DNA from: Octopus vulgaris
Taxonomy: Eukaryota
DNA length: 64,000 bases
Direction of reading: 5' to 3'
NCBI GenBank assembly: GCA_951406725.2
Contig: OX597818.1
Location: 68,014,001-68,078,000, forward strand
The translations under genes and the position numbers were made by a program. Numbering within the stretch: position 1 is the first letter of the stretch; each line of letters opens with the position of its first letter. The notes under the pieces are model-generated. The model was not told the origin of the DNA and searched no databases. It saw only the letters and a list, made by a program, of their open reading frames with translations. Below, one piece after another: positions 57,363-64,000 of this stretch.

Positions 57363-57441
57363 TAGTTTGACGCTCGGGGAGTTGAGAAAGTCCTTTACGT
57401 TTCGAGCCTACGCTCTTCAGCCATAAATATAACATATATAT

Positions 57442-58762
57442 TAGGGTGAAGCGAAATGATGCTTCTTACACAGATTTTCGAAATAAGTTTTTAAGAATTT
57501 TTTTTTTTTTTTTGCTAAACCCTTTAAAAACAACTGTGTTATAATCTGAAGTTTTTAAATTTACATCTTCAAGCTTCGCAGCATACTTGAAATTTTGAAT
57601 AATGAGCGAAAAAATCAATGTAAAACACGTTTGCCTTTCTTCATTTTAATTTTTACTTTCATTGGTACGAATCGATTTTGCTTTGCAAAATTTGTTAAAA
57701 TGAAGAGCGATAAAACCTCAAGCACCACAACTTATATCTTTAAGCGCCGCAAGGCACTTGAAATTTCGAAATTATATGAAATAAATAGACTTTTCTTCTT
57801 CATTTTCTTTATTCTTTTTAATACTATGTTACGTAATATATGTGTTACATGAGGCCTAGGTTACACACACATTGACATAAAATTACGTGTAAATTAATTT
57901 TCGATTCTTGACACCTTTTGGGGGATAAGAATAATTAACATTTCCAATCTATTCGAAATAATTACAGGTAACTAAATAATACGAATTGCTGTGCATTCCT
58001 TTCCGTTCCAGTAATAAAGACAATTAATCTTTTTCGTAGACAAGAATTTGCATCTTATTCTTAAATAAAGAATAGAGCAGTAAAAGATTTGTTGTTTTGG
58101 AGATTCCGAAAACGACATAATACTATCTGTTTGTTATCTTCAAAATGGCTAAAACCAAATAATTCTAATTGATTATTGCTGTATTACCTTTCAATTTGAA
58201 ATCATTTTTTTTGTTTCATCTCGGACACCGAAATTTTTCTTCTTTATTCGATTCAACTCCTAATGAGACCGTCTCGACTGTTCTCACCACAAACTTTAGA
58301 TGATGCTTCCGTCACGAGTTTTACGCAGCACTCCTTAGCTTAGGTGTGGCACGGTAATTTTTCCAGTTGCATCAAATGTTGCTGTTCAATGAAGGTATCG
58401 ATTTCTTCATCGGGAAATGCTTGTGTTAGAGGTGGTTCAGTAACAATAGTACCCTGCTTCTTGATTATGTCCAAGTAGTTTAAAGCAACAAAGTTTCGGG
58501 TGGTATTTTGGAAGATCACACAGATTTCTCTTTATACTGAGTTCGAGCCTGCTTTATGCGCCTCCATACTAGTTTCCCATGTGGCTCAGGAAATCCCAAA
58601 TTCGACCAAAAGTAAATATTTTTAAAATTTGCAATTGCGTTGCGGACCCCAAAAATTTTCAACCACAAAGTTCTTTATGTACCTTTCTTTTAACCCTAAT
58701 TCGCAATAAAAGAGCAATTCTTGGTGACCAATTTCGGAAGTTTCATTTTTCGCTCCACTCTA
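57442..58762 (-). mobile_element. Internally deleted hAT-type (hATm-like) DNA transposon with a transposase C-terminal remnant at ~58200-58570
   Basis: TIRs TAGGGTGAAGCGAAA / TTTCGCTCCACTCTA. Minus-strand VTEPPLT...LPCHT*AKECCVKLVTEASSKVCGENSRDGLIR resembles the PCHTQAVERCVKLVTEAS motif. Subgroup assignment is from recall. Confidence 0.72.
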
Positions 58763-58811
<49 letters not shown>

Positions 58812-58834
58812 TACACGCACACAGACACGCACAC

Positions 58835-58891
<57 letters not shown>

Positions 58892-59140
58892 TAAATTAGA
58901 GATAAAACCACTATTAGGCAAATCAAACAATGAAAAACATAAGCCAATACATAAAATTAATTAATTTATATTATTTTAAATATATATCAAAAGTATTAAA
59001 AGTTTAATAAAAGATAAAGAGTATATATATATATACATATACCGGAATAAACACATAAATGTGAAACAATTTGGAAAAAGGAGTGTGCATATAGTTCTAA
59101 AATCTCTCTAAGAGATCAATGAAGTAGTTGTACTGACAAT

Positions 59141-59413
59141 TAATATTTGTAACCACTTTAAGATGGCTGTCCATTCGAGCGGACACTATTGCGATTTTTT
59201 TTTTTAGCCCCAAGAGAAATTACTCGAAACCAGGACTTGTCTACTGGTCCAGTCGCTGGGAGATCGATTGTAAGGTTTCGCTCCCTTGGCTGCAATTTTA
59301 TCGGATGTAGCTCTGCATCGTTAACCAGTTAGAGGAAATATCCTCTTGGGGTTAAAAGATCGCAGTAGAGTTCGCTCGAAAGGACTGCCATGTTAAAGTG
59401 ACTACGAATATTA
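59141..59413. mobile_element. MITE-like foldback element with ~85-bp imperfect TIRs
   Basis: taatatttgtaaccactttaagatggctgtccattcgagcg...ccccaagag pairs with ctcttgggg...cgctcgaaaggactgccatgttaaagtgactacgaatatta. Confidence 0.8.
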
Positions 59414-59417
59414 CTTT

Positions 59418-59471
<54 letters not shown>

Positions 59472-59473
59472 GA

Positions 59474-59648
59474 TAGGTGCAGGAGTAAATGTGTGGTAAG
59501 AAGCTTGCTACCTAATCACATGGTTCCGGGTTCAGTCCCACTGCGTGGCACCTTGTGCAAGTGTCGGGTCGACCAAAGCCTTATGAGTGAATTTGGCAGA
59601 CGGAAACGGAAAAAAGCCCGTCGTACATCGATATATATATATATGTGT

Positions 59649-59698
<50 letters not shown>

Positions 59699-59893
59699 CT
59701 GTTTGACGCCCCCACTTTCGCTTGACAAGCTATGTTGGCGTGTTTACGTCCCCGTAATTTAGCGGTTCAGCAATACGCTCCGATATAATAAGCACCAGGC
59801 TTATGAAGAATAAGTCCTGATGTCGATTAAATCGACTAAAGGCGGTGCTGCAGCATGGCCGCAGTCAAATGACTGAATGAAATAAGAGAATAA
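59474..59893 (+). mobile_element. Full-length SINE family B
   Basis: Matches the family B head, core, internal (TG)n and tail. Confidence 0.88.
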
Positions 59894-59990
59894 AACAATA
59901 TATATTTATTTAACTGCCATCTTTAGCATGTATGATGTCCTCTCAAGAATCTTCTCTCTATGTATAAATCTTTATACACGCTTATTTATG

Positions 59991-60021
<31 letters not shown>

Positions 60022-60069
60022 ATAGGTATGTGGAAATATCTGAGTACACGTACGGATAGATAAATACAC

Positions 60070-60144
<75 letters not shown>

Positions 60145-60726
60145 CATAGCCATGCACACGCTCGCGCACATATTTATATATATATGTATATATATACTCT
60201 TTGATATATTCTGTCATATATTAACGGAATTATTTAGTATGTATTATAAACGACATACCGCAAGTTGTTTTAATTTCTAATTCTCCAACAATATATCCGA
60301 CTCAAGCGAGAATAGACGATTGATGTTGAAGGATGGTGATGATGATGAGGATGAGGAGGAGGATAATGATGTATTCACATACCATCATATTTCCTAAAAG
60401 TACATAATAAAATCTTTAGCTTAACAGAAACGCACTGAATGAAACTCACATACACACATTCATACACACACTATCCAACATACGCATGCGCACAAGAAAA
60501 TCTGAAAAACGCATGGAAATAAATAATGAAATTTAAGTCTAGGAACTGTACAAAATGCTTTGTTAAATATTTAACTGAGTTATTTGGAACAAAATAGTAT
60601 TTTAAGAATTCTGTGACTTAAATATTTATGATTCTAATCCAAACATATTAATCTTCCAACTGTACAACTCCACACAACTATCTTAATGCACAAACACATA
60701 CATACGCACATGCGCACACTCTAACT

Positions 60727-60758
<32 letters not shown>

Positions 60759-60930
60759 TACAAATACAGCTGTATACAAACATATATACACACAAATATG
60801 ACTAGATTGTCTGCATAATATTAAATTCGTTCTTGATATATTCAAAGGAAATAGACCCTTGCAATTCCACTATTTCAGATTTACCGTTCCTTTACTATCC
60901 CTCATAAATTAATTTTTTGTAGTTAATATA

Positions 60931-61323
60931 TACCTCTATGTGAAATGTCTGGCTGCATCCGAAAAAAATATATATTATGAAACAAAAATAAACACAAAAT
61001 TTATTACACGAATCTGTTACCACCACGACAGTCAACTATTTGACGTCGAAGACGAGTTTGATGTTGAATACATCCACGAATTTTCCGCTCAGATAGCTCT
61101 TCCCAAGACTACAAGGCGGCATCGTGCAATTCATGCCTCGTTGTAGGGTTTTTCAGTTCAACTTTATCGGCCAAGACTTTGAAAATGCCTTCATCAATGG
61201 ATTCCACGGGTAAACATGTGTTGAATAGAACTCACTGAATAAATCTTAATTAACTGTGTTGTTAATTGGATGCACCTGACATATGCTAACGTGTATGCAG
61301 CCAGACTTTTCACACAAAGGATA
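60931..61323. mobile_element. Tc1/mariner-type MITE with ~28-bp TIRs at a TA site
   Basis: tacctctatgtgaaatgtctggctgcat vs atgcagccagacttttcacacaaaggata, both flanked by TA. Confidence 0.75.
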
Positions 61324-61325
61324 TA

Positions 61326-61740
61326 TTTCTTTCCAACCCACAAGGGGTTAAACATAGAAGGTACAAACAAGAACAGACAAAGGGATTAAGTCGATTACAT
61401 CGACCCCAGTGCGAAACTGGTACTTTATTTATCGACCCCGAAATGATGAAAGGCAAAGTCGACTTCGGCGGAATTTGAACTCAGAACGTAACGACAGACG
61501 AAATACCTATTTCTCTACTATCCACAAGGGGCTACACACAGAGGGGACAAACAAAGACAGACAAATGGATTAAGTCGATTATATCGACCCCAGTGCGTAA
61601 CTGGTACTTATTTAATCGACCCCAAAAGGAAGAATGTCAAAGTCGACCTCGGCGGAATTTGAGCTCAGGACGTAACGGCAGACGAAATACCGCCAGGCAT
61701 TTCGCCCGCTGTGCTAACGTTTCTGCCAGCTCGACGCCGT
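61326..61740 (-). mobile_element. Two tandem or nested SINE family A copies
   Basis: Reverse complement family A consensus twice (61326-61507 and 61508-61735). Confidence 0.87.
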
Positions 61741-61884
61741 CTTTCGTAGTTAATATATAAATAGGTGGCAACGACTAAAGACCTCTGCCCATGCATCAAT
61801 TGATCGTTTCTGCTTTCCTGCACTTATTAACAAGAATTTTCCATCGCCAAAGAATAGCGCCACCCAGTTTCAGAAAAGGGGTAA

Positions 61885-62230
61885 TGTGTAAAGGATCCGT
61901 TTGTTCATGAATGGCCGTGGGATTGCTCCTAGAAAGGTATACCCCCCACCCCCGAAACACAAACCCTGCGCAGGGTTGTTTAAGGAATACCAGCAATCGC
62001 CCATGCATACCGTCGTCTCCTCTCCACGCCACCGATGTTATCCAAGAGAAAGGCAAACACCGATACAACTTGGCGCCAGTGACGTCGCAACTCATTTCTA
62101 GAGATGTGTGAAATGGAAAAACAAAAAGTAAAGTGACTTGCTCAAGACCAGAACACACATCCCGGTTCGGGAAGCGAACTCACTACCCGATGATTGCGAA
62201 CCCAACGCTCAAGTCACTCAGCCATACGCT
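61885..62230 (-). mobile_element. Additional tRNA/CORE-like SINE (family E)
   Basis: Reverse complement: gtatggctgagtga...gtgagttcgcttccc...cttgagcaagtcactttac. Confidence 0.55.
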
Positions 62231-62264
62231 TTCAGAATAACTGGTGAAATATATTGACGCAGGA

Positions 62265-62668
62265 AGGCGGCGAGCTGGCAGAATCGTTAGCACCCGGGCG
62301 AAATGCTTCGCTGTATTTCGTCTGCTGCTACGTTCTGATTTCAAATTCCGCCGAAGTCGACTTTGCCTTTCATCCTTTCGGGGTCGATCAATTAAGAACC
62401 AGTTACACACTGGGGTCGATGTAATCGACTGTGTCCTCACTGTGTGTAGCCCCTTGTGGGCAGTAAAGAAATGAGAAACTTTAGCACGCTAGGGGAAATG
62501 CTTAAAGGTCTGTCTTTACGTTCTGAGTTCAAATTCCGCCGAGGTCGACTTTGACGTTCATTCTTTCAGTGTCGATAAATTAAGTACCAAATGCGTACTG
62601 GGGACGATCTAATTGACTTGCCCCCTCCCCCCAAATGTCGGGCCTTGTGCTTAGAGTAGAAACGAATA
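62265..62668 (+). mobile_element. Two adjacent SINE family A copies or variants
   Basis: aggcggcgagctggcagaatcgttagc... to 62472, and a variant-tail copy at 62478-62668. Confidence 0.83.
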
Positions 62669-64000
62669 TATAGAAGCAGGGTAGTTGGTAGATGGTATCT
62701 ATGAACTCTGCAAATTATAGATACAGTGGGATTTGAACGCATGACTACCTGTTAATTCGTTTAATTCTAATCCCGCTGAAACAAACCAATTTTCAATTTC
62801 CATTTAATTTCTCTTTCACATGGTTCAGTCCTTGGACCGTGGCTGCGCATGCGTCTCCACTTGAAATAATTAGAGGACCTTAGAGACTTAATTATATATA
62901 CATATCTTATTTTGGTGTATGATTCATGTTCCTGTGTTGGTAATTATACCTGTCCTAAACAAAATAGCATTACTTTTGACTCACCCTCGTATAAAAATAA
63001 AAATTACGTGTAAAACCAGAAAATTTTGAGATAAGTGGAAGTTGAGCAAATAACATACGAAAGGAAAAATGTAGAATAAGTTGTGGAAAAGCATAGAAAT
63101 ATGTGACTACATCGTCGGTCAAAGGAAACGTATCATGATCATGAGAAAAAAAAAGAATAGCGGATGATCTGATAGTCTGAGTTGGCCTCTTAAGGAAAGT
63201 GAATGAAAAGCGGTAAGATACACCAACAACTGCAGCAGCAACAACACACCGACTTCCTACACAACCGCTGAGCCTGGATGCGCATTCATCCATCCGTCGA
63301 TGCACTCGGTGTCGGGGGGTTGACCTGCTTTCTCTTCTGCGGGTCTTACGAATAGCAAAGGACCGCGTTTCGGACTTCTCCCATCTTGCTAGCTCTGGGA
63401 CGAAAACCGTTCGCTCAACAGCAACAGCAGCAGCAACAACAACTATCTCACAGGGAATTTATCCAAGAGACAAAGAAATAGAAATGATACCAAAATGTCG
63501 ATGCTAGTTAATATGACAAGCTTAGTGAAAAGTTACACATAAGCAACGGGCTTCAAGAAAGTTTTCATTATTAAATTCCTTTCGAAGCTTCACTCTGACC
63601 GGCGTTCCTGTAGAAGCCCTTGGCCACGGTGTCATAGAGTAGGACCGAACCCAAGTCTGGTGGGGAAGCATGTCTTCACTTGTTTATGTCTTCGACTTGT
63701 AGTTTAAAGTGTTTATGTCTAAATTAATATTAGACTTCATAATTTTATGTAAATATCTTTAAAATTATGTTTCAAACAATTGCATAAGTATGAAGGCTTA
63801 CTTAGTTTAATAACTCTTTAAAACTTGGTTATTTCGGAAATTAATTGATAGTCAAAGCCTGAAGATAGAACCAAACACTAGTCATTACGTGTATCTGTGT
63901 AAGTTAGTGCACAGTTGAACAGCAGCTGCATGAAACTGCACTAACATACTTATGCGTTGTTATGCAGCATAACATTGTTAAAATAATACACAAAGCAATC

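Overview
AT-rich eukaryotic, repeat-dominated DNA. The SINE families and dense (AT)n/(CA)n/(TTA)n/(GAT)n microsatellites resemble those of octopus (coleoid cephalopod) genomes; this is recalled similarity, not a search result. No intact host gene could be supported, and most ORFs in the track are microsatellite translations. Contents: (1) the 5' part of a young L1/Tx1-clade LINE on the minus strand (CCHC ORF1 split by one frameshift; APE endonuclease ORF2 starting at an ATGA overlap and running off the left edge); (2) decayed LINEs of the CR1-like, RTE, Tx1, R4/Dong and HERO/NeSL-like types; (3) mariner and hAT remnants and two MITEs; (4) at least four tRNA-derived SINE families, several nested with clear TSDs; (5) several degenerate Penelope-type minimal hammerhead ribozyme motifs. 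The most notable observations are a ~98% identical 159-bp inverted duplication 10 kb apart that fits a staggered-break inversion, and a possible tRNA-headed element with a hammerhead-type tail. Weak exon-like segments at 37-41 kb may be remnants of a host gene.
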